Source of the DNA: Marsupella aquatica
Lineage: Eukaryota > Plantae > Marchantiophyta
Reading direction: 5' to 3'
DNA length: 64,000 nt
Assembly (NCBI GenBank): GCA_973895155.1
Contig: OZ316898.1
Coordinates: forward strand, 16,165,420 to 16,229,419
Shown here: piece after piece, positions 24,497 to 39,100 of the stretch
Layout: every line of letters starts with the position of its first letter
Numbering within the stretch: the stretch's first letter is position 1
Made by a program: the position numbers and the translations under genes
Notes under the pieces: generated by a model
Told to the model about the DNA's origin: nothing
The model's input: only the letters and a program-made list of their open reading frames with translations
The model's database searches: none

Positions 24497-25459
24497 TGTC
24501 ATGCGCTGATGTGGCAGCAAGGGGCACCTATGTATTTTTTGAGCTGTTGGGCTTATTTTACATTCCCTATGGAGGAATTCTTGTAGTGCAGAATGAGCCC
24601 ATCCTGATGCTCACTCAAAACCTGCCTCTGTAACATATTCGAAGAAACGTTAGAGATTTTCAAAGGTTGGCTGGTTTCAGGGTTGCGTGCCTGATGTTCC
24701 TCACAGGGCTCACGAAGACATTATTTCGTGGAGATGCCCAGCCACTAGACCTGCGTTAAGTTGGCGAGGTTTAGTACCACCAAATTAGGTAGATTATGTT
24801 TGGGTTAGAAAGTAATGGTAACGGCTCTATGGTTTGCCCTGCCTCGTGTTTGGGAGTGTAACTTCGATGGTCCTCGTAATTGCCATCGCAAAGTCTGGTG
24901 CGTTTGGCTTCTGCTGTTTAGTTGAATGAAATAGTAGATTGTTGTTGGTCCTGTTGTTTCAACCAATGAACGGTGAGGTGAAAATTTTGTTTGGATGTGG
25001 CAACCACCCTCGAGCCCCGCCTATTCCTGGCATTGATTGCGCGAAATTACTTGAGACCAATTTGGGAAAACAGCTAGAGCCTTAGGCTTTACACGTCCGT
25101 GGCAGTTTCCATTTTTCTTTTGGTCTCTAAAATGTGATACGGCCATCCATTGGGGAAATTTACTTTTGTTCGGTCAATTTCAATCTAATTGGTTGCTGAT
25201 TTTATATGAAATGTAAGAATGGGGCCCAATTTTTGCTCATGTGAAGCACATCTGTCCCAAATTTTAGATCCCTCTTGTAATTCTTTTCTTGTGACCCCTT
25301 AAGTCCATTCTTATTTTGAGTATTTGCATCAAATCTGGATCCACAAGTCCATAAGATCTAATTTTGTCAGAGCTAGAAACTTCATTTGCATGAAATGTGA
25401 CATACCATGACATCCAGGTGGAGTAGATCACTAACATGTCTTTTAAGAATTTAAACTCC

Positions 25460-25980
25460 AAGGAATACTATGACAATCAGGTGGAGTGGCTCCCTCCCAT
25501 GCCTTTTTAACAATTTACTATGTAACCAAAGGATACTGACATTGAGGTGGAGTTTTTGAGCAATTTACTCTAGCATCAGTTATTGCACACATATACAAGA
25601 CCTTGGGGATCACAAAAAGATTCCAAAAGAGCTTTCCTTTTAACAATTTTAACTCATCCAAAGAATACTATGACATTGAGATGGAGTGGGTCCCCAACTT
25701 TAGCATTAGTAATTGCACTTACCTTTACAAGACCTTGGGGTCATAAAAGGATTCCAAGCACTTAGCTTCACAAGACCTTGGTGGTCATAAAAGAATTCCA
25801 AAAGCGCTTTCAGCCAGTACACTATATTTAATGTGAGAAAATAGCCTGGGTCATAAAAGGACTTCAAAGAGCTTTTAGCTTCGATACATTATTTTTAATG
25901 TGAGAAAATAGCCTGGGTCATAAAAGGACTTAAAAGAGCTTTTAGCTTCCATACATTATTTTCAATGTGTGAAATAGCCC
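25460..25980. repeat. Patchwork of short local duplications ending in a ~67-bp minisatellite
   Basis: acaagaccttgg..tca.aaaa x3; aatgtgagaaaatagcctgggtcataaaaggactt x2 plus a partial third unit. Confidence 0.75.
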
Positions 25981-26679
25981 TCCTGTTTACATTGGTGGAA
26001 AAAGCTCATAAACACATCCCCCCACTCTAAAGCCACCCATTGGGGTTGTGTTCCATTCAACGGCCTTTCTGGCCTACCCCCATTTCGGTGACCCACTCCA
26101 GGATTGTCAGAGCGAATGATGGGTGGCTGCGGTTTTGGGGTCACCCTTGAACAGATTGATGGCCAAATGGGAAGACAGCGAGTGCCTTCTGGTTCGCGGT
26201 TCCACCCTTCGTCTGACCGGTGAAGTCTGTTGCACAAAATCTTTTACCTGCAGTAGCCCGTTTTGTGACTAATGAAGTGTTTGGCTGTTAGTTGCTTTGA
26301 CAAAGCTTTGACAACATTTTATGTCCCTTTAATTGTCAATCTTCTCATCTCACGCCTTGAGTTCGTTTCTCATCCTACTCGTTCCCAGAAATCTCCAGGC
26401 CCAATTACACAGGTTCTCAAGAATGGCATCGTTGTTAGTGGATTTCTTGAGCATGGATTATGCTCTTTTTGGTTCGAGACTAGGTTGCAAGCCAGAAGTA
26501 ATTTCATTTGCAGCACTTGTGATTTGGTAATGGTAATGTATTATAAGCTCCGAGACCCTGAAAGTCAAAGGAGTTGCAACAACAAACGAAAGTGCAATGC
26601 AAAGAAATGAGCCATTAAAAGAAATCTATCCTCTATCAAACTAAGGACCTAAAGAGTACTCAAAGATGTTCCAAGCTTT

Positions 26680-29147
26680 CTCATAACGCATGAGTCTGAT
26701 GTCTTGTCCATTTTTAAGAAGTCAAAGGCTCAGGTGGAAAATCAGACTCGAAACACAGCCAAGTGTTTGGATACAAGGGTGAAGAGTTTGAAGTCAGACA
26801 ACGGCGGGGAGTACACTTCAATGGAATTTGAAGAGTATTGTTTAGAACAAGGGATAACTCGCCATCTCACCACAATTTATACTTTGCAGTAGAATGGTGT
26901 CGTTGAGAGGCTCAATTGGACACTATTGGAGCGGTCACGGAGTATGTTGAGCCAATCAGGTTTACCACAAGAATTTTGGGCAAAAGCTATCAATACTTGA
27001 GCTTATTTGATAAATCTTTCTCCTTCCAATGCAATCAATTTCAAAACGTCATTTGAGATGCACTATAAGCGGCAAGACTATCATGGCTTGGTAGTTTTTG
27101 GAAGTGATACACATGCTCTCACATTGAAGCAAAATAGGACCAAGTTGGATCATACCTCCAAGATATGTATTTTTCTTGGATACCAGAGTGGTATGAAAGC
27201 CTATAGGCTATGGAATCCTATTGCCCATAAGCTCGTTGTTAGTAGGGATGTTTCCTTCAACGAATCCAAATTATTGAAGGAGAGGGAAAATACTCAGGTC
27301 TCCCATACTAACAAAGGAAAATCTCCTCTCCCGGATCTCATTGAGGGGGAGATTGGTCATGGGGTGCATGATAAAAGAGAAGGAGTTGCTCCAATGATGG
27401 AGTTGGTTCATGTGCTAGAGGAACCAAAGGAGTTTGTTGATGTTGGTGAGCAACAAGTGGATGCTATTGAGCTTCAGATTGTACCAACAAAATAACACAG
27501 ACCAACAGGAGTAATCGACTAGAAGGACATCTGGTCGCATTGTACGCGCTCCACCAAGGTATGGACAGTGGGTTGATTCATCTCAGTTACAAAAGAAGGA
27601 TTCTGTTGTTGATCATGAGGATGATGCGTTGATTTTGGAAGTATGGGAAACTTCTACATTTCATGAGGCAAGTGCTTCAAAGGAGAAGCATGAGTGGATT
27701 GCAGCAATGCAAACGAAGATGCAATCACTGAAGGACAACAAAACTTGGGAGCTTGTCAAGCTACCCGAGGGACAACAAGTGGATTTTCAAGCTGAAGGAT
27801 CAGTCCATAGGAGGTGGATCAAAGGTCTACACGGCTAGGTTGGTAGCCAAGGGATTCATAAAGGAGAAAGGTGTGGATTACAATGAGGTCTTCTCACCAG
27901 TTGTTAAGTACTCTACAATACGGCTATTGTGTGTGCTTGTTGTTATGTTTGGTCTACTACGATCAGATGGATATTGTCATAACTTTTCTCTATGGCACCT
28001 TGTTTTATGAAGAGAAGATAAGAGGATTTGGTTTGAAAATTGCTAAGATCCTTGTATGGGTTTGAAGTAGTCACCAAGACAGTGGAATAAGAGGTTTGAT
28101 GATTGCATTTGTGCACAAGATTTTCACAAGAGTAAGTTTGACCCTTGTGTGTGTATCTTAAACCGTGAAGAATGTTGTCTTTGGATTCATTTTTTTAGTA
28201 CTTTATGTGGATGATATGCTTATTGCGGCCAAGGATAGATTGTCTGAGATTGTTAAGCTCAAGGCACTGCTTAGTGTAGAGTTTAAGATCAAGGACTTAG
28301 GACCAGCTAAGAGGATTTTGGGTATGAAGATCACTAGGGATTTGGAGGTTGGTAAGCTATGGTTGACAAAGAGCAGTTATGTGAGGAAAGTAATTGCAAG
28401 GTTCAACATGGGGGATAGCAAGCCAGTAAGTACGTACCCCTTTGGCTCCACACTTCAAGTTGTCATCAATTTTCTATCCTATGGATGAGATAGAGAAGGG
28501 GCTGATGTCAAAGGTTCCTTATGACAAGGTAGTGGGGAGTCTCATGTATTTGATGACTTGCACTAGACCTAATCTTGCTCAATGATCTTGCCATGGCTAC
28601 TGACAAGGTGAGCAGGTACATGTCAAATCTAGGGAAGGTACACTGGGAAGCAGTGAAGTGGATTATCCGATACTTGAAGGGTACCGTGAATCATGGTGAT
28701 GCATGTGTTGATAATGCTAGATCATTGATGGACTATGTAGATGTTGACTATGCATAGGGTCTAGACCAAAGGAGATCAATAACAGGGTATATGTTCACAC
28801 TTGGCGGTGGATGTGTAAGTTGGAGGTCAACTTTGCATAAGTGTCTTGCTCAGTCTACTATATAAGCAAAGTATGTTGCCCAATAACGGAAGTAGCAAAG
28901 GAAGCAATTTGGCTGGATAGATTGATCACTTAGATTGGATTTTCACAGGGGAATGTGGAGCTTCATTGTGATAGTCAGAGTGCGCTTCACCTTTTTATGA
29001 ACTAGGTGATGGACAATAGAGTGAAACACATTGACGTCAGGTACCATTTTATCAGGCAAACTGTGCCTGATAATATGTTTGAGCTAATCAAGATTGACAG
29101 TAAACTCTACCTGGCTGACACCTTTACCAAAGTGATTCCTTTGGAGA
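26680..29147 (+). mobile_element. Ty1/Copia pol remnant (integrase-RT-RNase H), no LTRs
   Basis: SDNGGEY, KICIFLGY, ARLVAKGF, LYVDDML, KVHWEAVKW, KHIDVRYHFIR; many stops and frameshifts; same family as the minus-strand Copia. Confidence 0.93.
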
Positions 29148-29149
29148 GA

Positions 29150-32100
29150 CCAGACCGGCAACAACTGAGGGAGCTACTTACGGGTTGGCGGAGAAGATAG
29201 CTATCCCGTGTAGATACTACGGATTGTAACATGATTTGTGAAGACCTGGGAGCCCCGGATATCTCAATCAAAATCAAGGGCTGTACCATCAAGATGGTCC
29301 TCGTGGGCGGTGAGACGGGAGTCAATATCATAACTGAAGAAACGTCCGTAAAGTTGGATATCTCATGTATCAACCCATGGCCCGCGCTATTCGACTAGCA
29401 AATGGAGCAAAAGTACTACCCCTGGGTATGCTTACCAAGTTCAAGCCTTAGTAAGGGGCGTGGAATTTTACCTCAACTACTTAGTCATGAGACCGGTCTG
29501 ACCATCCTCCTACCTAGTCCTTTTGGGAAGACCATGGCTGTACGGAGGTTGAGTAGTCTCCGACTAGGGAAAGAAGGAGCTAAGGTTTGGAACACCCACA
29601 GTACAAGTGTTATGGGCGGTGGATGATTATCAAGGTGAGACTCCTCAAGGACCTGAGGAGTACAATTTGGAGACCTTGGAGGAGGAAGAAGAGCTCAACA
29701 TGATTGAGCTCATTTCATCCCTCTCCAAGGAGGATGGTTTTGGAGTAGAGGCAACCCAAGAAACACATTTGCTGAACTACCCAAAGGTAGTAGTAGACGC
29801 CACCACCATGAGCCTCTATAGCACCATGGTGGAGCAGGAAGAGGAAGTCATCATTGCGGTGGATACGAAAGCTATGGCTCCATCTAAGAAAAAAGTTGAA
29901 CCTGACACCATTATCCTGGAGCCTGCTCAGACACCGCCCAAATCCAAAATCCACATGCCAAAACGAAAGAAATGGATCTCTTGGGACCCATCCATCCCCC
30001 GTTAGTAGAAGAAGTACCCCCGATTCCGAAGGCGATCCTGATCCCTCTGACGTACGGGGGAGTCCGGTTAGCCAAACTAGATGCTAGTCTGGATCCCAGC
30101 TTACGGAATCAAGTGGAGGTCATAAGGAAGGAACACTACCGGAAGTACACCATTGGCATGGATAAGTCTTTTAACCTTGGTCATGCTCTAACAGGAGAGG
30201 CAGATAAATCCATCCAAACACTGCTTAAGGAGTATGAAGACGTGTTTGCATGGAGCCATCATGATCTTACCGGCGTCTCTCCAGAGTTAGGAGAACACAC
30301 GATTGATTTAAACTTGGGAGCTCATATTGTACGACAGCGGCAGCGTCGCATGAACCTACAGTACTCCATCCTGGTAAAGGAAGAGATTGATCGACTCCTA
30401 GCTGCGGATACCATCTACCCGGTAATGGCCACTGATTGGGTGTCCCCTATCATCATTGTACCAAAGAAGGGAGGTATAGACGGGAAGCCCAAGATTTGCA
30501 TCTGCCAAGACTATCGTAAACTGAACGATGCCATCAAAAAGATCACTACCCGTAACTACCATTCACGGACATGGCCCTGGATATGGTAGCCCGTAATGAG
30601 ATCTATACGTTCCTTGATGGATATTTAGGCTACAATCAAATCTGGATCCTGCTTTTGGATCAGCTTAAGACAACGTTCACCATGGAGTGGGGGACATTTG
30701 CATTTCGTAGAATGTCGTTTGGATTATGGAACGAGCCGGCCATGTTCCAGAGACTCATGATCAATATCTTCCATGACTTCTTGCAAGAATTCCTGGAGAT
30801 ATTTATTGATGACTTTGCCATATTTGGGATGGTCACCATGCACCCCAAACAACTACGCCGTACGCTACAACAATCCAGGGAGGGAGGTAAATTTGAAGTT
30901 GCGTCCGACCAAGTGTTTTTTTGGGGTAGAGGAAGGGGTGTTACTTGGACATCGTGTGTCAAAATGGGGTATAGAGGTGGATCAGGAGAAGGTCGCGGCC
31001 TGGATGGCAGTGGTGTTCCCTGTGGATCATAAAGCAGTACGCTCATTCCTTGGATGCGTTGGCTACTATTGCTACTTCATCAAGATTTTGCAAAAATTGC
31101 GCTACCCTTAACGAAGATGATGAAGAAAGATGCATTGATTGACGAGATGCCCCGAAGACGCATAGCCTTCGAGGAACTTTGGCGACTTACCACGGCACCC
31201 ATTATGGTGACCCCGGATTGGAATAAGGAATTCCATGTTTATGTTGACGTCTTGGGGTTTTGCATTGGGTCTGTGCTGAGCCAGCTTGACAAGGATGGTC
31301 ACAATCATCCAATCTACTTTGCTAGTTGTCAGCTATTTACGGCCAAGAAAAATTATTCCCCCCGGATTGAGAGGCTCTTGGAATTATCTATTCATGTAAA
31401 ACCATTTGTCACTATCTGCTCGGATACAAAGTCATTTTCCATACGGATCACGATAGCCTAAAATATATGGTAAACAAAGCGGACGTCACGGGACGGATAG
31501 CCAAATGAGTTATGCTCTTACAGGAGTTTAATTACAAAGTTTGGGTTTAACCAGGGAAAGCGCACCTCAACGCTGATTTCTTTTCACGATTGGATGGCGT
31601 ACTCGTAGAGCAGGCTATCAACAATACTTTCCTAGATGAGGAATTATTCCACGTAGGGGAAGGTACGCCCACCTGGTACGGACCACTCATTACGTTCCTC
31701 CTGACAGGGGCGGATACCCAATGGGATTAACCAAGAGGCTGCAACAGTGTTTTTATGTAAAGTCGAGCCGTACATGATGATACAAGGGCATTTGCACAAA
31801 GAAGGCGTTAATGGGAAGCTACGGCGTTGTCTTCAATATAAGGAAATGCTCATCTTTATGCGGGTCTTACATGAAGAGGAAGCGAGGGGCCATTTTGCAG
31901 CCATCACTACTGTTCAAAAGATTCTAGATTTGGGATATTGGTGGCCAACACTACATCGAGATGTACAGCGCTTTATTAAAGGGTGTGATTTATGCCAATG
32001 GGCCGGAGCCCCAAGGAAATCACACAATCACCCACTCACTTTTGTACTTTTGCTCGCACCATTCAAAAATGGGGCATTGATTACATCAGGCCATTTACAC

Positions 32101-32950
32101 CGGTCACCCGCCAACATTGGTGCAGGTACATCCTTCTCGCCATCAATTATTTGACCAAGTGGATTGAGGCTTGGGCTACCATAAAGGATGACATCGCCAC
32201 TAGCGCTAGGTTCTTATACGAAAAATCTTCCCCCGCTTTGGGCCGCCCTTAGAGTTAGTCAGCGATCGTTGAACACACTTCATCAATGAGACAATAGAGC
32301 GCCTTACTGAGCGGTACTTGGTCAAACACCACGAGACCACCCCGTACCATCCTAAGGCCAACGGAATGACGGAGAGGGAAAATGGGATCATTGGGAAGAT
32401 CCTCAACAAATTGGTAGCTGCTCACAAGACGGATTGGGACAACAAGTTGTGCGCCGTGGTGTACTCCTACAACTTGGCTTACAAGACTACTACCAATCAT
32501 AGTCCGTACTTCCTTATGTTCGGACAACACTCTTTGGTCCCGGTCAAGTTTGAATTAAGTTCACACACCACAGGTAAGTATTCGGGATCGCTTGCCCAAA
32601 GCCAAAAGTTCTTTAGATAGGGCTTACCAGATTGAGGCATTGGAAGAAGCCCAAACATTAGCCGCCCGACACGCAAAGAAACAGTAGGCAACTTCCAAGA
32701 AGCATCACGACAAACAATTATGGAAGGTTGATGTCGTGACAGGGGACCTTGTCCTCTTGTACCATAGTCGGTACATGTAGTTTCCTGGGAAGCTGCATAC
32801 TCGCTGGTTGGGACCTTTCCTCCTCAATTAGATCTACCCAAATGGATCCATCAAACTTGCGATGTATGCCGGTGATTTACTTCCCACAAGAGTTAGTTAC
32901 AACCGTGTGAGAAAGTACCATCATCAAGATGATACCGCAGATAGTGATGT
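29150..32950 (+). pseudogene. Ty3/Gypsy (non-chromovirus, Athila-like) pol: protease-RT-RNase H-integrase, degenerate
   Basis: GETGVNI, DYRKLND, LDGY.GYNQI, FIDD, FHVYVD, GHF..CDLC, WGIDY, YHPKANG.TER, WLGPF. Confidence 0.92.
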
Positions 32951-33456
32951 TTGCAAGGACGCTTCACAGTTAAGTAGGGAGCTATGTGATGCCGCCAGAA
33001 TGACTTGTAATGAGTAATTTGGCTTAATCCGTGTTACGCACGTATGAAGTAGACTTAGGAATCCATAGTTATTAGCATAACGACACAAAATTAGCTAGTC
33101 ATGATGCTTAGGAAAGATTTTAGTAATAATGGGAGTTCATGCTCGGGCTGGTGGCGCGGCACTTGACGTACCACCGGATTAGGGGCGTGTTATGGCTGTC
33201 TACCTTGGATCCATATAACTGATCCGGAGGCAGCTATTTGCCACGCTCTGACCTGGATGAAAGGAGGGATCGATAAGCCTCATGTGTGACAAGCTTGGCC
33301 TATCCTGAGCAAGAGGAGCCGACCGATCGAGGCAGGGTAGGGGTAAATAAGGTGGACCCTTCCCCTATGGGGTTCACCAGTTCTCTCCTCGCGCAAACTT
33401 TGAGCCCAACACCTTTGCACACTTAGTAATTTAGCCAACCCTTGACACTTTGCCAT

Positions 33457-35677
33457 ATGTCTATCACGGTTATGTCCAGTTTTGCTATTTGCTTCTGGTA
33501 CCAATTTTTGTGCATTGGTAACCATCTAGCAACCTCACTTAGTGAGCATAACCCGCGGAAGTACAAAGCCAAAAGGCATTATGAACAGCTTATCCGGTTG
33601 AACGGGTGCTCTCATTACAACAACAACCTCAACCTTCCGTTTGAGAGCAAGTACTGTCGGGACGCTGAGATCTCTGAGTTCTTCTTTGAGGAGACCAAGT
33701 ACCTAGGTTTTGGAGAAGCACTCCTCTGACTCCCGGATGAGGTTTTCAAGATCTCTGGCATAATGGACTTATAGCATCATCACTTTGATGCCATACCCGC
33801 TAGGGTGCAGGCCTTCCTTGACTGTCAGTTCGGGAATAGGCCGAACTCGGGTGGACCACCGTCAATCTCAACATCGCTCGGCTTCCCATTAGGAACTCTA
33901 GGTCCCATGGCACCTCCTCTAGAAACACTTGCGGCCAACTCACCAGCGCTAGGACAGCCATAGACGCCGCCCCAAGCACCCTCCAGTAGCTCTCCGCCAC
34001 TAATCACACCACTCGCTCGGGTGTGATCCATGGTGAACGCGGTCAACCTGAGCTTGAAGGACAAGGAAGTTCCTCCGCCACTTCTCCGCAAACCTCCGGG
34101 AACCCGTCAACCCAGGATGGGTAATGCACCATCGCCTCAGCAAGCCCAATCCGGGAGGTGGCCCCGATAGACAACACGGTGATGGTTGCAGCCTTGGCAC
34201 CAGTACTAACGGCGGTAGCAATCCAGCCACCACCGGATAAGGAAGACAAGGAGTTTTCCCCCTCAACAAGTCACCCTGGATCCTGAGGTAAGAAGCGGAA
34301 GGAGATGGCTTCAGTATTGGGCTTACTCGTAGCCACCATCACAATGGCCAAATTAACAATGCATTGAATGGGGGAGAATGTCCACAAAAACATTCTCCAC
34401 CCAAAGCATGCATGTTACTTGAAAACCAAGGGTTTGAGCACCTTGTTGCTCTCCCTTGGAACATCTGCAGGTACTATAGGCGGGTATAGCGACGGAGACA
34501 AGAAACAGGTAAACATGAATTTTTTTTCCTGTTTTTAATATGTTGTTACCAGGAAAAAATCACTGTTACCAGGAAAAATGACAATTTAAAAATGTTTCCT
34601 AAAACATGTTATTTCCAAAAAAAATTAACAATGCAACATTTTTGGCTAGCTTTGGGCGCTACTATTAGCAGCGCCGGGCGCTAGCAAAAAAAACTGGTCG
34701 ACTGGAAAAAAAAACTTTTTTTTTTCTCAAAAAAAAAAATTCAAAAAAATTCAAAAAAAATTCCACCCATTTTCCTGTTACCAGTTTCTGTTATTAAATC
34801 CTGTTTCCTGTTTGCTGTCTTTTGTAAACACCTCCTATAGGCAAGACATGACAGAGTTCATCTAGAACTTTGACGAAGCCCAACAATAGACCCATGCTTA
34901 TGGACAAGTGATGTCCTTGAATGAGGCACGGCTTAAGCTCATCTTTGGCCTACCCAAAGGACCAAAATTGGGTAGAATCACGGCCACCAAGGGGCAAGGG
35001 AGCCAAGTCCTAGTCCTCTAGCTTCCCACTTGAGGGATTGATGGACAACGGCTTCCTCATGCAAACATGCCTCATCCTAGAGATAGTAGAGCATTGGAGT
35101 TCCAGAGGTATGCGCTCCACATGATGGAGCCGTGGGGAGAGATATCCACTACCCAGGTGATTCAGGTCAAGAACTATTGGCCTAGGAAGTCGGCTTCTTT
35201 CTTTGTCAAGAAGTTCCACAAGGAGATGGAACGACAAAGGAAGACCTTGTACCTCGCGGGAAAGGTGTACCTTTCAAGCCACATAGAGTCGGGAAGGATG
35301 CAAAGATTGCTTGGCTTTGGGCGTAGATTGACAACCTAAAAGGACAAGCTGTCACTTGGCAAAAGGACGCGGAGGATGCTGATGCCCGGGCCTAGAGAGA
35401 TATTGCAGAAATTGACGCCCTGAAAGTGAAGGTGGCATGACTTCTACAAGAAGCCACAAAGCAAGACCAACTTGTGGCGCAGTTGACAAGCAACGCCCAA
35501 CAGTCAAAAGAGGCGTGCCAAAACGCGGCGGAGGAGACATACATGATGAAACGAGAGAACGAGTCTCTCATGGATCAAGTCCAACTACTCAAGCAGGACG
35601 TAGACCGACTAAGGAGACAACGGGATGGCCGCTCCAAGTCCAACTTGGGGGGGTCTGGCAAGCGTGCCAGACATTAG
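33457..35677 (+). pseudogene. Gypsy 3' accessory gene (copy 1), internally deleted and MITE-interrupted
   Basis: Collinear homology to 58101-60716(-); sense orientation and downstream of pol. Confidence 0.75.
34479..34835. mobile_element. 357-bp MITE-like insertion, GG..CC ends, TATA duplication
   Basis: tacTATA|ggcggg...cacctcc|TATAggcaag; removal restores collinearity with the homolog at ~59700; imperfect TIR (gaca..aaacagg). Confidence 0.8.
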
Positions 35678-35851
35678 TGGAGGAGTAGGTTTAGAATAGA
35701 GTTAGGATTAGATAGGGAGGCCAAACGCTGGGGACAACCGCTGAAACTAGTTAGCGACACTATCCTATACGACCGACCCTACTTAGCGTAGAATCTTAGA
35801 ATAAGACACGTCATTTTTTGGCCTGACAGTTAGATGAATTTAGGTCAGAGT

Positions 35852-36181
35852 TTTTGAACTATGACGTCTTCCTTCATGACAATCCAATCACCACTCATTC
35901 CATGCACACGTAGTTGACACAATCTCTACGTGGTTCACCCCTTCTCTAGGCTACGTCCACACGAACACTCAAGCTTTAGTTCAAGAGTAGTCAAACACAC
36001 AAGCTCTCTCTCTTCCTCAAGTTGTTTTGTTGCAATGAGCAAGCACCATTTACCATCGGCTTACACTAGCCCTAGTATATGCAAGGTCCCACATGACTAA
36101 CCTAACCTCAGCTAGTCCCTAACTGAGGTTAACCTAATTACCGTAACCTTTGAGTCACAAGACTAAGAGCAATCCTTAACA
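35852..36181 (-). repeat. Copia 3' LTR (~330 bp) with PPT at 36182-36195
   Basis: Minus strand gtttagggggagtt|TGTTAAG...; end matches the 11374 copy. Confidence 0.8.
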
Positions 36182-39100
36182 AACTCCCCCTAAACTCTAG
36201 TCTTGGGGATTGCAATTTGTACTATCCATATGAGATACTCAGCGGGAAATTCTAGACAATCACCTAAAACCATAGATGTTCCCCTAAAAACCATTTAAGG
36301 TTAACTAAGGGTTATATAACTAGAATTAAGCTGTAGCCATAATAGGATTGAGTAACCCATATACGTAAATTACATATTGTTAAGTTACTCTCCTAGTGCT
36401 GCAACTGGAAAACTTCCAAAGTAGCACGGTGTCTTGAGTAACTCTCCAAAGGAATCACTTTGGTAAAAGCATCAGCCGGGTTGAGCTCCCGGTTGAGCTT
36501 TCCATCAATCTTGACTAGCTCAAATATTTTATCAGACACTGCTTGCCTAATAAAATAGAACCTGATGTCAATGTGTTTCACCTTGCTATCCATAACCTGG
36601 TTGATAGCTAGGTGAAGCGCACTCTCGTTGTCACAATGAAGAGCCATTTTTCCATGTTCCAATCCCATCTCAGTGACGAGCTTATCCAACCAAATTGCTT
36701 CCTTTGTTGCTTCTGCTGCTGTAACATATTTTGCTTTCATAGTAGACTGAGATACACACTTCTACAAGGTAGATCTTCAACTTATGCATCCTCCTCCAAG
36801 AGTAAACACATACCCAGTCATTAACCTCCTTGTTTCCAAACAACCTCTATAGTTAGAATCTACATAGCCAACCAAAGATTTGGTTTTATTTGATCTACTT
36901 TCAAACAATAGACCATAGTCTATTGTGCCCTTAAGATACCTGAGAATCCATTTCATAACCTCCCAGTGTACCTTCCCTGGATTTGACATGAATCTACTCA
37001 CTTTGCCCATTGCTAGGGCTAGATCAGGCCTGGTACACGTCATCAAATACATTAGACTACTCACTGCCTTTTCATAAGGAACCTTAGTCATCAAGCCTCT
37101 CTCCACTAGATCCTTAGCCACTGTGATGCCTAGCCAAGAATCACTAGGCCGTGTAAAATGGTAAAACTGGGTGGTAGACACCCCAAGACCACTAGTATAA
37201 GGAGGAAAAAATGAGAAAATTTAAACAATTAAGGGTATCCATGCAACCCAAGCCGAGGCCGGGAGTAATAGGTGCAACGGCCACTAAGGGGCACGATTAG
37301 GGTTAGGGTAGGCTAAGTATATATTGGTGGCTGCAGGTAATCATCGACCAAGTTAGGCAAGGTAGGTCGGGGGGGTAAGGGAGATTCACCAAGAGTGACG
37401 GTTCATTCACAAACATTGATCAAGCAGATTGTGAGGAGAAGCCAATGACTTTCAGCTGCAAAGGTACGTGAACACAGTGGGCGGAAGCAGATACCAAGCA
37501 ATGACATAAGGAGGGAATGAACAATGTCAATCAAGCTGCATATTTCTGGGGATGCCTGTTTGAACGGGCAAGTGAGTACATTGGGACCTACGAGGAGGAA
37601 GAGTCGGAAAGAGCAGCCCAAGAACAACAAGAGCTTGCTCAGCTGTGGGAAGCATAAAAGTTTGCTTTCCTAGGAGGAGAGCTCATCAAGGCTGAATTCT
37701 TGTGGACGCCTATTGCCGATGAGCTCGACAATCTTCTATTTTGAGAGAGCAGAATTGTCGGCATTCGGCAGGCCATCAACAATTACAATGACAAACATTG
37801 GGACCTGAAGGGTTGCACGAAGGCGTGGACAAAAGCAGCAGTGTTGGGGGGGCCAAAATGAAGAGGAATATGGCCAACAACAAAAAAACCACACCGGCCA
37901 AAAGAACGAGGTTGGCGGCATCAGAAAATCTGGCCAAGCAAGGGAGACAGAGGCAAGAGGAAGCTGAGGAACAAGAGGTTGACTCAGTTAATGCCATCCC
38001 CACCAGAGATGATACATGGAAGGGCTGGACGAGATCCTACCGCTGATAGTGCAGTTACATTTTGCACGATGTCTGGGGACCAGTTTAAAGCGGTATAAAA
38101 GTAGACTTTTAATGCTTTTAGGGACTTGATTATATCATTGTTTTTTCTTAGGTTGTTTCAATCTTTCTTAACCCTACTCAGTTTCCATTTTTAATACGAA
38201 ATTACACTAAGTTATTCTTATTTAAAATGCTAAACCTTCACTCTCAACTAAATTCAACGCATCATTTTCATCTCAACTAAGCATTTTCATCAACAACTAA
38301 GCATTTTTACCACAATAGCATCTTATCATTACCATCACATCAAAATAATCCAAACTCATCATTTTATTTCATTTATTCACAATATATGAAGTTTCGGTTC
38401 GGGTTTACAAAGTGTTTTTTGGTGGCTCATCTCCTAACTCAGTTCTCCGTACTAAACTCAGCTCAGATCATCAGGTCAGGTCTCGGCCTCAAGCTCATCG
38501 ATGGTTTCCCCCAAGCATTTTGAACACAATCTTAGTCTTCGTCGAGCTTCCTTCATGTCATCGTTCTTCTTACACTCTTCTTCTTGACCCTTTTTCCTCC
38601 TCTCCTCGAGTTTCTAGTCCCACCAAAAAAAAAACTTACGGCCGGTCACTTCATACCCCATGGCAACGAACTATCCCTAGTTTAAAGATGGACCCAATCA
38701 CCAGATTCCACTCGTCGAATGTAGTCAACTTCCTTATCTTAAAATCACAACAAAAACTCCACAACATCAAGTCTAAGGTGGTCAGGTGATCCATAATTCA
38801 AGTTGGAGTTTCCTAATTAACTCCATAAATGGCTCATTCTTTCCCTCCTTGTAGTACCTTAAAGTCAAAATCAGTAAAAAATAAACTTATGAAATGCCAC
38901 TTCTTCCTTTCCTTGTTTTCCCTCTTTGCAATGTCTCTTCTTAGAACTTTCGTTCCTTTGTGCTTAACCTTTTAGCTTCTGGACCTTAACCTTATCCAGT
39001 TCTACTTTTCAGCCTTGAGTTCATGCCCACTCTGAAATTTCATTACTGTATTCAGCCAGCCTCTTTTCAAATGCCCCAACACAGTCTCGCTTCTCTTCTT

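Noticed and set aside
24729-24739. tggagatgccc as a distal Harbinger right TIR enclosing the host gene
   Set aside because: Not followed by TTA/TAA and the match does not extend; likely chance
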